A stretch of 64,000 nt of DNA. It comes from Heteronotia binoei. Taxonomy: Eukaryota. A program made the translations under genes and the position numbers. Every line of letters begins with the position of its first letter. Within the stretch, counting starts at the first letter, position 1. Shown piece after piece: positions 9,479 to 20,237 of this stretch. The notes below the pieces were generated by a model. It searched no databases. It had not been told where the DNA came from and was given only the letters and a program-made list of their open reading frames with translations. The stretch lies in contig NC_083237.1 in NCBI RefSeq assembly GCF_032191835.1, forward strand, positions 10,416,001-10,480,000, in the 5' to 3' direction.

Positions 9479-9643
9479 CCCACCCGCCCTCCCTTTGGCA
9501 GTACAGGCGTTTGCTGGTCGCCTTTTTGGGGCCAGGTAGGAATTTTTTCGCTTCCACACAATTGGCTTCAGTGGGAGTGTTTTTCGCCTACCTTGTACTG
9601 CCTTGTAGGTTAGGATTTGTTAGCGGTAGTTGTTTTGGTCGCA

Positions 9644-10044
9644 GGCTAGAGGAGGTTGGCCACAGGGTTTCCCAGGGGAGCACCTATGGCCTAGCACCGT
9701 TGGTGCGGTGGTCTGCATGAACCGTAGATGGGCTAGACGGCTCAGTGCGGGGATTGCAGATCACAGGGAGCCTCACCTGGGCGGATCTTTCCACGGGGAT
9801 TGATGCCGGCTCGGATGGTGGTGGCTCGAGGCCTGGCCGCTCAGCTACAACCCGAATTTGGCGGGCTTGTGCTGGGGGCAGGGTGGCTCGCCCTTTGGAC
9901 AAGGCGGGGTCCGGGGTTGACCCCAGGGCTTGTCTGGTCAGGTTTTCACCCCTCCTGCCAGTTACAGTTATTTAATGTTTTAATAAAGCGGCCCGGTTTT
10001 AAACCCAACACTTGTGTCTGCTTCTTCATTCCGACTGGGGGGGC
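9644..10044 (+). repeat. Split direct repeat B2
   Basis: Identical to B1. Confidence 0.95.
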
Positions 10045-10218
10045 AATGGCCTTGGGTCAGCCATAGCTCTTGCAGGAGTTGTCCTTAAAAGGGCAGCTGC
10101 TGTGAGAGCCCTCTCAGCCCCACTCACCTCACAGGGTGTCTGTTGTGGGGGAAAAAGATATAGGAGATTGCAAGCCGCTCTGAGTCTCTGATTCAGAGCG
10201 AAGGGCAGGGTTTAAATC
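10045..10218 (+). mobile_element. Squam3-like SINE, 3' half
   Basis: Continues the SINE interrupted at 3004; (TTC)n tail. Confidence 0.9.
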
Positions 10219-10435
10219 TGCAGACTTCTTTTTCTTCTTGGTGTGGGTGTGGGTGTGTTTGTGTGTGTGCATGTATGACTATGCCTCCCAAGCTGGTCAT
10301 TTTGTGATTGTGCCTATCAACCTGCATCAGCATTTCAAAAGTGCCCACAGGATCAAAAAGTGTGAGGATGCCCTAAACTTGACAGAAAATTTCATTCACT
10401 CAACATGATCGTTTTTATATTTTCCTCAGGTCGGG

Positions 10436-11392
10436 ATGGAAAACCATACAGTTGTGGCGGAATTTATTCTACTGGGCTTCCCCAGCATCCAAAAGGTGCG
10501 AGTTCTAGTCTTTGTGGGTGTTCTGGTGATGTACATCTTAACTGTCAGCGGAAACATCATCATTGTGACCACCGTGGCTTATGATTCCACTCTCCACAAG
10601 CCGATGTACTTCTTTCTTGGCAACCTCTCTTTCTTGGGAATCATCTATGTATCTTCCACAATCCCCAAGCTTTTGATTAATTTGCTAACAGTCAAGAAAT
10701 CTATCAGCCTAGCTGGTTGTAAAGCTCAAGCCTTCTCCCATTTTTTCTTGGGAGCCACAGAATTTTTCCTCCTCACCGCCATGGCTTATGATCGGTACAT
10801 GGCTATATGTCACCCTCTTCATTACCACACCATCATGAGCACTAGGGTTTGCATTCAGCTGGCATGTGGCTCGTGGTTTGGTGGCCTCATGACTGTCTTA
10901 GTGCAGACAATTCTGGTGTTCCGGCTGCCGTTCTGTGGACCCAACATCATCAATCACTTCTACTGCGATGTTGGGCCATTGTTAAAGCTGGCTTGCACCA
11001 ACACTCGCCTCATTGAATGGATGGTCTTCATCATTGCGACTGTTGTGGTATTCAGCAATTCTCTTTTGACAGTGGTTTCCTACATATTCATCATCACGAC
11101 TGTGATGAGAATCCCATCTGCATCTGGGAGACAGAAAGCCTTCTCTACTTGCATTGCTCACTTGGTGGTGGTCATCATGTTATACGGGGCAATCATCTTT
11201 ATATATGTCAGGCCAACAGGTCATTCCTCGTTGAATATGAACAAAGTGGTATCCCTCCTAAATACTTTGGTCACCCCTCTATTGAACCCTTTTATATACA
11301 CCCTCAGAAACAAGGAAGTGAAAGATGCCCTGAAAAAAGGATTAATTAAGAATAAAATCTTTGAGAACAACAAATGGGAAATAAATTTATGA
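10436..11392 (+). CDS. Olfactory receptor OR-a, class II, family 6-like (318 aa, intact)
   Basis: [37 protein letters not shown]; splice acceptor TTTTCCTCAG (10428-10429) 6 nt before the ATG. Confidence 0.95.
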   Translation: MENHTVVAEFILLGFPSIQKVRVLVFVGVLVMYILTVSGNIIIVTTVAYDSTLHKPMYFFLGNLSFLGIIYVSSTIPKLLINLLTVKKSISLAGCKAQAFSHFFLGATEFFLLTAMAYDRYMAICHPLHYHTIMSTRVCIQLACGSWFGGLMTVLVQTILVFRLPFCGPNIINHFYCDVGPLLKLACTNTRLIEWMVFIIATVVVFSNSLLTVVSYIFIITTVMRIPSASGRQKAFSTCIAHLVVVIMLYGAIIFIYVRPTGHSSLNMNKVVSLLNTLVTPLLNPFIYTLRNKEVKDALKKGLIKNKIFENNKWEINL

Positions 11393-12460
11393 TGAGCAGC
11401 AATGTGGATTTGGTTGGGTCTTTTTTTTTTGCCTTGAAATATACAAAACTCAGAATTGGGATTTGGCCAATCCAATTCGTGTGCTGCCTTTGTCGTGTGC
11501 ATTTAAGATGGATGGCTGACCACTGTGATATTATCTGCAGGATGCTGGGTTTAAGCCTCTTTATTCCCAGAACCATTTTGGCCATAGACTCATTGAGGTA
11601 GCCTTGAACAAGTCACAAGTCAGTCATAAGCCTTAATCTCAGTTTCTCCCCTTGGTAACATGGGAACATATGGATATATATAAATTGGATAAGGGTGTAT
11701 AAAGTGTCAGCCCAACTATCAGGGGATGACAGATGGTCAGCAGCATGACTATATCATGTACTTGGGGAGAATTGCATTGCTCACTTGGTGGTGGTCATCA
11801 TGTTATACGTATGGTTGACTTGTACATATTGTTCAATCATATTTTGAAGCCCATATCCATTTTGTTATCCAGTGGGTAAAATTCACTTCAAATTGTTATA
11901 TATGTGCCATCAAGTTACACCAGATTTATGGCTACTAAAATGGCTAATAAAATCACAGTAACTTTGGCTTTCAAGCAAAGGTCACTGTCTTCTTCTGCAG
12001 ATTCTTCCTTGGTGGTGTTCCACTGAAGTACTGACGCTGCCTAGTTTCCACCATCTAATAAGACCAGGTTATACCATGCCACTTTCTCTTCCTTCTCAGA
12101 CACTTAAGTTAAGATTCATCATGAAATCACTGCGTTCATGTCATCAAGTCTCATTTGCCCTCTTGGATTACCTTGATGAACAACCGCATAAAACATAAGG
12201 TTGGTAGATGAAGAGAGATAAATATTGGAACCTAACCTGAAGTAAAATAGACCTATCAAGGTGGCATTGTTCAGCATAAATACTGGCACGATGTCAGTAA
12301 ATGAGTAATGCTTATACTAAACAGTACTACTGAGATATGTCAGATGACCATATAATAAAGAGAACTGAATATAATTAAAAATAATTATGTTGAATAAAAC
12401 CAGTGCTCATTTTCCTAACTCTGTGATCTGATACTGGCATCCAAGAGGACTTAGTGAGAA

Positions 12461-12741
12461 TAATAAGAAGAGATTGGATTTATATCCTGTCCTTCACTAC
12501 CTGGAGGAGTCTTTTAGCGTTTTACAATCTCCTTTCCCTTGCCCTCCCCACAATAGTCATCCTGTGAGGTAGGTGGAGCTGAGAGAGCTCTAACAGAAAC
12601 TGCTCTTGATGGGAACAGCTCTACAAGAACTTGTGACAGACTGAAGGTCACATCAGCAGGTACATGTGGAGAAGTGGGGATTCAAACCCAGTTCTCGCAG
12701 ATAAGAGTCTGTACACTTAACCACAACACCAAACTGACTCT
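12461..12741 (-). mobile_element. Squam3-like SINE (older copy)
   Basis: Reverse complement of the Squam3-like head and body. Confidence 0.75.
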
Positions 12742-13669
12742 TAACATGAATAATTAGACTTTGCAATCAGTCACACACATTACTTCTCATTAGTTTACTG
12801 TGTTAACATATTTGAGGGGAGAGTTTCACTCTCCTCTATTTCCATCCATCTTAGCCATTGAAAACAGAGAAGCAGTTGTGTCTATCACTCCAATTTTTCA
12901 AATCCCCCCTTCCTGTGGATTTGCATTAGTGCCCTCTTCAACAATTAAGTTCACATAATTGCCATTATACGAAAGGGTTTTTTTTTTTTAAGTGGTGAAA
13001 TTATGGTGAACCCACCATGCGTTTCCCTGTGGAGTTTGTGTTTCTATCAGATTGTCCCATCCTTACCCCATTGTTCTATTCTAGAGGCTTGTTCTAGCTT
13101 TATATTAGCTATTTTAGGATTTTGACAAACCTCCTAAGCTTATGTTCAATAGTGCTTCAAATCATTTTGTTCCTCATTTTCTTTCTTTGCCACTTTTCCA
13201 ATCCACTGTACCTCTCTGATTTACTATTTGCAGAACTCATATTATTGTAAGCCATCTAAAGATGGGTGTAAACATTTTAAAATAAATGAATGTGGTTGCC
13301 TCAACTGTGTAGTTCTTCCATCTACCTATCACTGGCCCAGTAGGGGGTCCATTTAGAGATAGTGGTTTGTATGTCTCTGCAGTTGCTTCCATGTTCTTTC
13401 TAATCTGGGAAGCAACAGAAAAGTAAGAAATGTATGCCTTTTCTGATCATGGCTTAATCAGTCAGCAAGTGACAACCAGGCCTTCTGTGATTTCCAGAGC
13501 TGTGTGTTCAAACACTGATTACACATTTGATCACCTCAATAGGAGAGAAACACACACCTGATCACAGCAATCTTAGCCTATTAATAAAATCACAGTAACT
13601 TTGGCAGAGACATTCTGAAGCATATTCTCCTACCTATATATTAAGGGAGAAATGGAATGATTTGATTTT

Positions 13670-14058
13670 GCCAATCTAGGCAAAGCCCAAGATCTAGGGC
13701 TTTCTCGGTGGCAGCACCAGAACTCTGGAACACCCTCCCAGAAGCTATAAGGGCCCTGCGGGATTTGTCAGCGTTCCGCAGGGCCTGTAAGACCGAACTG
13801 TTTAAACGGGCTTTTGTGGTTGATTGAAAATGAGCTGCCACCGGACATCCCACAGAATGCTGGCGAGCATAGGCAGAAGTCAATACCGCCTAGATTGGAC
13901 TGAGACAGCGCTAATAGTTTTAAATTGATAAGTAAATTATGGTTTTATATGTTTTATTGAATCGATTGTTTTTATGATGTTGTGAGCCGCCCTGAGTCCG
14001 CTTGCGGAGAGGGCGGGATATAAATGTAAAGTAGTAAATAAATAAATAAATAAATAAA
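13670..14058 (+). mobile_element. L2 LINE 3' fragment
   Basis: Encodes RAFSVAAPELWNTLPEAIRAL...FRRACKTELFKRAF; L2-type 3' UTR; (TAAA)n tail. Confidence 0.8.
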
Positions 14059-14106
14059 TCTTTTCTTTTATTCATGCATTTTTTTTGGGGGGGGGAAATC
14101 CCACCC

Positions 14107-14466
14107 TGTTGGAATTTGCAATGTTCTAAGTTCCAGTTATTATAGAGTTAAAAGTGTTTCCCTGTTCCCTATTGTCTGCCTGACCTAGAAAGAGGAACTT
14201 TGCCCCCTGCCAATGAAGAGATAGCCCAGAGAAAGGACTGTTCGTTTGTATAAGCTATTGGTCTGCTAGTCAGGTGACTTCCTTTGTCTAGGGAGCAAGA
14301 GGTCAAGAAGAAGGTGGAATCTCCATCGTAGCAATGTGACTTTCTTAGAGATAAGATGTAGGCTATAGAGTTTCTTATTTTCCATCCCGTTCCCCATCCC
14401 TGTAGAATAGAGTTACGATTTTGTTTTTATACTAAAAAGGCTCTCAAATCTCATTTCGACCCAACG
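14107..14466 (+). mobile_element. Probable solo LTR (about 360 bp)
   Basis: TGTTGG...CCAAC(G) termini, near-matching 4-bp flanks ACCC/ATCC, internal TATAAG. Confidence 0.5.
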
Positions 14467-14832
14467 ATCCATTGAACTGTTTGGGATATTAAAGGAAATG
14501 ATTTTCCAAGCAGAAACCTCTAACGCACCCAAGGTATGGATTCACTGATTTCGTCATTAATAGTTGCTTTCAAAGGTCTTTAACATATATGTAGCATCTG
14601 TATATGTATACGTAGCATCTGGCATGGTAACCCATTCTTCTGACCACTAGTCAAATTGTGGGGATTCCTGTGCAAGTTTTTAGTCCTTAAGAAATCTTAC
14701 AGGCAAACATACGTGGAGATTGGAAGCAAGTTTGAGTATGGAGAAGAGGTATAAGTTTGACATTGAAGAATATGGCTATTTTTATTTATTTTTGCTTTAC
14801 ATTGCTGTGTTTATTTCATTTTGGGCAGAAAA

Positions 14833-14931
14833 GGATTAGACTATCAGTGGTTATTAGCCACTGTTTGAGACAGGACCCTGGAATAGATGAATCGCAGAAC
14901 TGATCCAGCAGGCTCTCCTTATGTTCTTATG
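14833..14931 (+). mobile_element. CR1 LINE 3' end
   Basis: CTGATCCAGCAGGCTCTCCTTATGTTCTTATG terminus. Confidence 0.7.
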
Positions 14932-15849
14932 ATCTAGAAGTTCTTTCCTGTATCAAATACTATGAAGGTCCATTTGTAAGAGTATTATGCTATTTAAAAA
15001 GTTATGGGATTTAAAATACTTGGCAAATTGGCCTCATGAGAATCATGAAAGTTCTTGACAGTTAAATCTCATGGAGAAAAGGGGAGATGAGAAGAAAATG
15101 AAGCAACTGCTCCGCTGGGTATTCCAATCTCTTCTCGGTCCACTGAGAATGGATGTCTGTGTGCAAATGAGACAAAGGGGAGTAGCAAGAAAGAGAAAGG
15201 AGAAAATAGTAGAGCGAAACCATTAGGCTCAAGATGTGATTGTTAAGTGGAGGAGATAACTCCTCTGCATGGCAAGAAACTCCTGCATCCTTAGACTTCT
15301 TGTTTACAGATTGTTTGAAATTATATTTCTTTTGACTTACTCGACATAGATAATTTCCTCCTGATTTACAAGCAATGGCAGAATGGTTGTTAAAGAAAAT
15401 TCAGCATTACTTCCACACCTTCCATTGCTGTTGTAGTAGAATTTACTACAGATAAAAGCTTAATTTAGCATCTGGTTGATGTTCTCCTCCATGGTTTCTG
15501 GGAGGTTTCTACTGATTTGCAGCTAGGACAACTGTCATCTAGTTAGAAGCATCTCTTCCAAGGACAAGAAGCTGATCCACCAGATCTCACAAATGACAGT
15601 CCAACGTTGACTTCAGTAGGGATCTGCCTATGATCCCATCAGTAAGGTGAGCTAGCTGTTCCTAAAAATGTATTGTGTTAAATGGGAGAGAGAACTTCCA
15701 GTGATAGCCCAAAGGAAAAGAAGCTGACTATAGTATGAGATAAAAGATTGTTTTATTATATACACATATTGGATGATAAGAGGGAGAGGTCCTAGAGGCT
15801 GTGGTCTGCCCTGGTGTTCCCTCATCACCCTTGGATTCAGAGGATGAAT

Positions 15850-16225
15850 ACCTCTGCATGCAGAAGTTCCCTTTAATCACCATAGCTAGTAGCCACCTAT
15901 AGACCTATCCTCCATGAATCTCCCTAATCCCTTTTTAGAACTATCTATGCCTGCGGCCATTACTACATCCTCTGGCATTGAATTCCACATTTTAATCCCT
16001 TGTTGTGTAAAGTAGTATTTCCTTTTGTCTTTTCCAAATCCACTGCCCATTGGCTTCACTGGATGCTCTCGAGTTCTAATATTTTGGGAGAAGGAGAGAA
16101 TCGCCTCTTTGCGAACTCTTTTCACGCCATGCGCAATTTTATAAACCTCTATCATGTCCCCATTTAGTCATCTCTTTTCAAAACTGAACACTCGCAGCCG
16201 CTTCAGCTTTTTCTCATAGGACTGG
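15850..16225 (-). mobile_element. CR1 LINE fragment (end of ORF2)
   Basis: MIEVYKI...KRKYYFTQ...MWNSMPEDVV. Confidence 0.85.
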
Positions 16226-16319
16226 GGCTGCAAAACCCTCCCCCCCCCAAAAAAAACCCCCAAATATATTCCTGTATTTCTTTTATTCTACACTTTGTGC
16301 TCACAGACCAATGGGCCAT

Positions 16320-16476
16320 NNNNNNNNNNNNNNNNNNNNNNNNNNNNNNNNNNNNNNNNNNNNNNNNNNNNNNNNNNNNNNNNNNNNNNNNNNNNNNNNN
16401 NNNNNNNNNNNNNNNNNNNNNNNNNNNNNNNNNNNNNNNNNNNNNNNNNNNNNNNNNNNNNNNNNNNNNNNNNNNN
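16320..16476. other. Assembly gap (157 N)
   Basis: N run abutting the tail of a minus-strand L2. Confidence 1.
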
Positions 16477-16779
16477 CCGCCGAAGCAGGCTCAGGGCGGC
16501 TTACAGGACATGGTATAAACCATGTTATAACAATAAAAACAAGATGATACAGTTAAAATACAATTCATAGGTTAACTATATTAAATAAATAGTCTAAAAC
16601 CAGTATAACTTGATAGTGCCACAATCTCAGTATGTACAAAGATGGCTTGATGTTACTACCAGGTTCTGTTTTAAAAAGCTAGTTGGAAGAGGTCGGTTTT
16701 GCAAGCCCTACGGAACTGATTGAGATCCCGTAGGGCCCGCACCTCCTCCGGTAGCTGGTTCCACCATTGGTTCCACCAT
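16477..16779 (-). mobile_element. L2 LINE 3' fragment
   Basis: Minus strand encodes WNQLPEEVRALRDLNQFRRACKTDLFQLAF; small TGGTTCCACCAT duplication at the 5' junction. Confidence 0.8.
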
Positions 16780-17692
16780 ACAGTCCAATACTATAAAAGA
16801 CAACCAAACAACCATAAATACCAGGTACAAAGTATAAAATATTTAGCAGTTAGAGTCTTGCTCGAGGACATGTCACCACAAAGTTCAATGCGTGACCCAG
16901 GGCCACATACAAAGCAATTTTCAATGGGGCTCCAGCCTTCTAAGCAGACTGATTTCGGTGAATGATGCAATTCTTCATGGAATTACGTCGCTACTTGGTC
17001 TCAAGCTAACCTACTTTTCTAGGAAAGGCGAATGCTGTATGCCACAGTAAACTCTTCAGAGGAAGGGCAAGATAAATATGAAATAAGGAGATATATTATT
17101 TCTTTATGACTCTGGCCATACTTGATTCAGGTATAGGTGCACCCTTAAGAAGCCCTAGGCATCTTGTTTGCTTTCCTCTATCAGATTCTTTAACTCCTGG
17201 CTGGCCCACCACCTTGTTCGGGATGCTCTGGTATGGTCTCATTCAGACACAGGATACCTAGGGCTTCTTAAGGCCACAGCTGAATCTAAGTTAGACCTGA
17301 CCAGAGTCCACTGGAACAAGTTAATCAAAGCACTTCAAATGGACGTTTGTCTATGTGCCTCACAACTGAGTCCAATTCCTCATTTTTAAAGTATCCAAAC
17401 CAACTGTGCAAACTCACAAAAACGTAAGTTGTGTCAGTTGATGCAAATAGGACTGATTTGTTCCCTGTTACAAAGTTTGGATTATTTTGGTCAGAATTTT
17501 AGATTTTTCATTTAATGTCAGGAATGAATATATATTCCCTCTTTCATATATTTTATAGTCCCTGACGTTTTATTGTCAGTTGTTTTGGGTTTCCACTTAT
17601 TGCCATTGGATTTATCCATGATTTGTAATACTTGTGCAAACTGTATCATTTTTGTTTCTACATACGTGTGTGCTTGGGGCTCTTTGGTTTGT

Positions 17693-18133
17693 AGAAATGA
17701 TGACTGAGGGGTGACATGATAGAGGTTTACAAGATTATGAATGGGATAGACAAGGAGAAATGATGGCTGAGGGGTGGCATGATAGAGGTTTACAAGATTA
17801 TGAATGGGATAGACAAGGAGAAATGATGACTGAGGGGTGACATGATAGAGGTTTACAAGATTATGAATGGGATAGACAAGGAGAAATGATGACTGAGGGG
17901 TGGCATGATAGAGGTTTACAAGATTATGAATGGGATAGACAAGGAGAAATGATGACTGAGGGGTGACATGATAGAGGTTTACAAGATTATGAATGGGATA
18001 GACAAGGAGAAATGATGACTGAGGGGTGGCATGATAGAGGTTTACAAGATTATGAATGGGATAGACAAGGAGAAATGATGACTGAGGGGTGGCATGATAG
18101 AGGTTTACAAGATTATGAATGAGATAGACAAGG
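17693..18133 (+). repeat. 63-bp minisatellite, 7 copies, derived from CR1 ORF2
   Basis: Unit landmarks at 17701, 17764, 17827, 17890, 17953, 18016, 18079; unit reads EK**LRGDMIEVYKIMNGIDK. Confidence 0.95.
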
Positions 18134-18561
18134 CAGAGAAAGAAGAACTTATCTGCTTTTCTCACAATACAAGAACTTGTGGGCACTGAATGAAATTGCT
18201 GAGCTGTTGGGTTAGAACAGATAAAAGGAAGTACTTCTTCACCCAATGAGTGATTAACACATGGAATTCACTACCTCAGGAGGTGGTAGCAGCTACAAGC
18301 AGAGATGACTTCAAGAGGGGATTGGATAAACATATGGAGCAGAGGTCCTACAGTGGCTATTAACCACCAGTTATAGATGGAACTCTCTGTCTGGGGCAAG
18401 TGATATTCTGTATTCTTGGTGCTTGGGTGGGGGGTGGGGAGAGTGGGAGGACTTCTAGTGGGACTCCTGATGGCACTTAGGTTTTTTTTGCTACTCTGTG
18501 ACAGAGTGTTGTACTGGATGGGCTATTTGCGTGTTCCAACATGATTTCTTATATTCTTATG
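17693..18561 (+). mobile_element. 5'-truncated CR1 LINE with full 3' UTR
   Basis: Degenerate ORF2 C-terminus, CTTATATTCTTATG tail. Confidence 0.85.
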
Positions 18562-18607
18562 TGTTTATAAGTACACTATAGTTATTTACGCACAAAGTGT
18601 TGTGCTG

Positions 18608-18898
18608 GAAAGGAAAAGGGAAAGGTCCTCTGTGCAAGCACCAGTCGTTTCCGACTCTGGGGTGATGTTGCTTTCACAACATTTTCACAGCAGATTTTTT
18701 ACGGGGTGGTTTGTCATTACCTTGCCCAGTCATCTACGCTTTTCCCCCAGCAAGTTGGGTACTCATTTTATCGACCTCAGAAGGATGCAAGGCTGAGTCA
18801 ACCTCGAGCTGGCTACCTAAAAACCCAGCTTCCACCGGGGATCAAACTCAGGTCATGAGCAGAGCTTAGGACTGCAGTACTGCAGCTTTAACACTCTG
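18608..18898 (-). mobile_element. Sauria SINE
   Basis: Homologous to 1407-1697. Confidence 0.85.
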
Positions 18899-19122
18899 AG
18901 AAATAATGGGGGAACTGCATTCCTTTTTCAGGGGCAATTTAGTGCAGGAAAAAGAAAACAGTAAAAACTGAAATACAGGAGGCTCAAAAATGAAACAGAT
19001 TTTTTAAGCAATGCAGGCAGGTATCAGGAATTGCAAATCATCTCTGTTTGTTCTGGAATACTGAAGTCTCTTCATCAGAGATAACCCTCAATGACAACAT
19101 TTCTTTCTCCTCAGAACCACAA

Positions 19123-20061
19123 ATGGAGTTAGCTGCCACCAACCAATCACTAGTGAAAGAGTTTATCTTCCTGTATTTCCCTGTACGCCACGACATGCAG
19201 ATCCTCTTCTTTCTGGTCCTGCTTCTCACGTATCTCCTCACCCTCACAGGAAATATGGTCATTCTTTCTCTTATATGGATCAGCCAAAGCCTTCACACTC
19301 CGATGTATTTCTTCCTCAGCAATTTGTCTTTCCTGGACATCCTCTTCACCACAGCGATTGCTCCCAAAATGCTCTCAGATCTTCTGGCTGAAAAGAAAAT
19401 AATTTCATTGCATGGATGCTTTGCTCAATTTTATTTCTATTTCTTCCTGGGGACTGTGGAGTTCATCCTTCTAGCTGTTATGTCTATTGATCGTTATGTA
19501 GCCATATGCCACCCACTAAGGTACACTGTAATTATGAATGGGCGAGTCTGCTTTTTGATGGTTTTGGGATGTTGGGTGGGAGCTTTTCTATCAGTCTGTC
19601 CTACAGTTATTGTCTTCAGACTTCCCTATTGTCGGCAAACTATCAACCACTTCTTTTGTGACATTGCACCATTGTTGGAGGTGGCGTGTGTTGACACCCG
19701 CTTCCTAGAACTCCTTGATTCCGTCATTTCTTCCTTAGTGGTCCTTAGTTCCTTGATACTCACCGTGGTATCTTACACCTATATCATCTCCACCATCCTC
19801 AAAATCCCTTCTGGAAAAGGGAGGCAGAAGGCCTTTTCCACCTGTGCCTCTCACATCACTGTGGTCACCATTGCTTATGGAAGTTGTATCTTTATGTATG
19901 TCCGTCCAAATCAAAGCGAGTCTCTAGCCTTTGATAAAGTTACTGCTGTCTTGACTACAGTGGTGACGCCTCTTTTGAATCCCTTCATATACAGTCTCAG
20001 GAACGAGAAAGTGAAACAGGTTTTGAAGGAGGCAGTAGAAAGGGAATTTCTCCGTAAGCAT
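19123..20061 (+). CDS. Olfactory receptor OR-b, family 6-like; stop codon falls in the gap
   Basis: MELAATNQS start behind acceptor TTCTTTCTCCTCAG; [24 protein letters not shown]; all 7 TMs precede the gap. Confidence 0.9.
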
Positions 20062-20237
20062 NNNNNNNNNNNNNNNNNNNNNNNNNNNNNNNNNNNNNNN
20101 NNNNNNNNNNNNNNNNNNNNNNNNNNNNNNNNNNNNNNNNNNNNNNNNNNNNNNNNNNNNNNNNNNNNNNNNNNNNNNNNNNNNNNNNNNNNNNNNNNNN
20201 NNNNNNNNNNNNNNNNNNNNNNNNNNNNNNNNNNNNN
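20062..20237. other. Assembly gap (176 N)
   Basis: N run. Confidence 1.

Larger units (their letters stand above)
3003..10046 (+). mobile_element. Full-length Ngaro-type (DIRS order) tyrosine-recombinase retrotransposon with split direct repeats
   Basis: A1(3003-3190)-gag-RT/RH-YR-SGNH-B1(8890-9290)-A2(9291-9478)-165 bp spacer-B2(9644-10044); no inverted termini, no methyltransferase ORF, no conventional TSD. Confidence 0.95.

Noticed and set aside
3003-10046. DIRS1-type or LTR/ERV classification
   Set aside because: No inverted terminal repeats or ICR, no methyltransferase, no DDE integrase, protease or env; split direct repeats plus YR indicate Ngaro.
16295-16570. ORFs spanning N gaps (also near 20000 and 35000)
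   Set aside because: Artefacts of N runs lacking stop codons.
17518-18246. 242-aa minus-strand repeat protein
   Set aside because: Antisense reading of the 63-bp CR1-derived minisatellite; no evidence of a gene.
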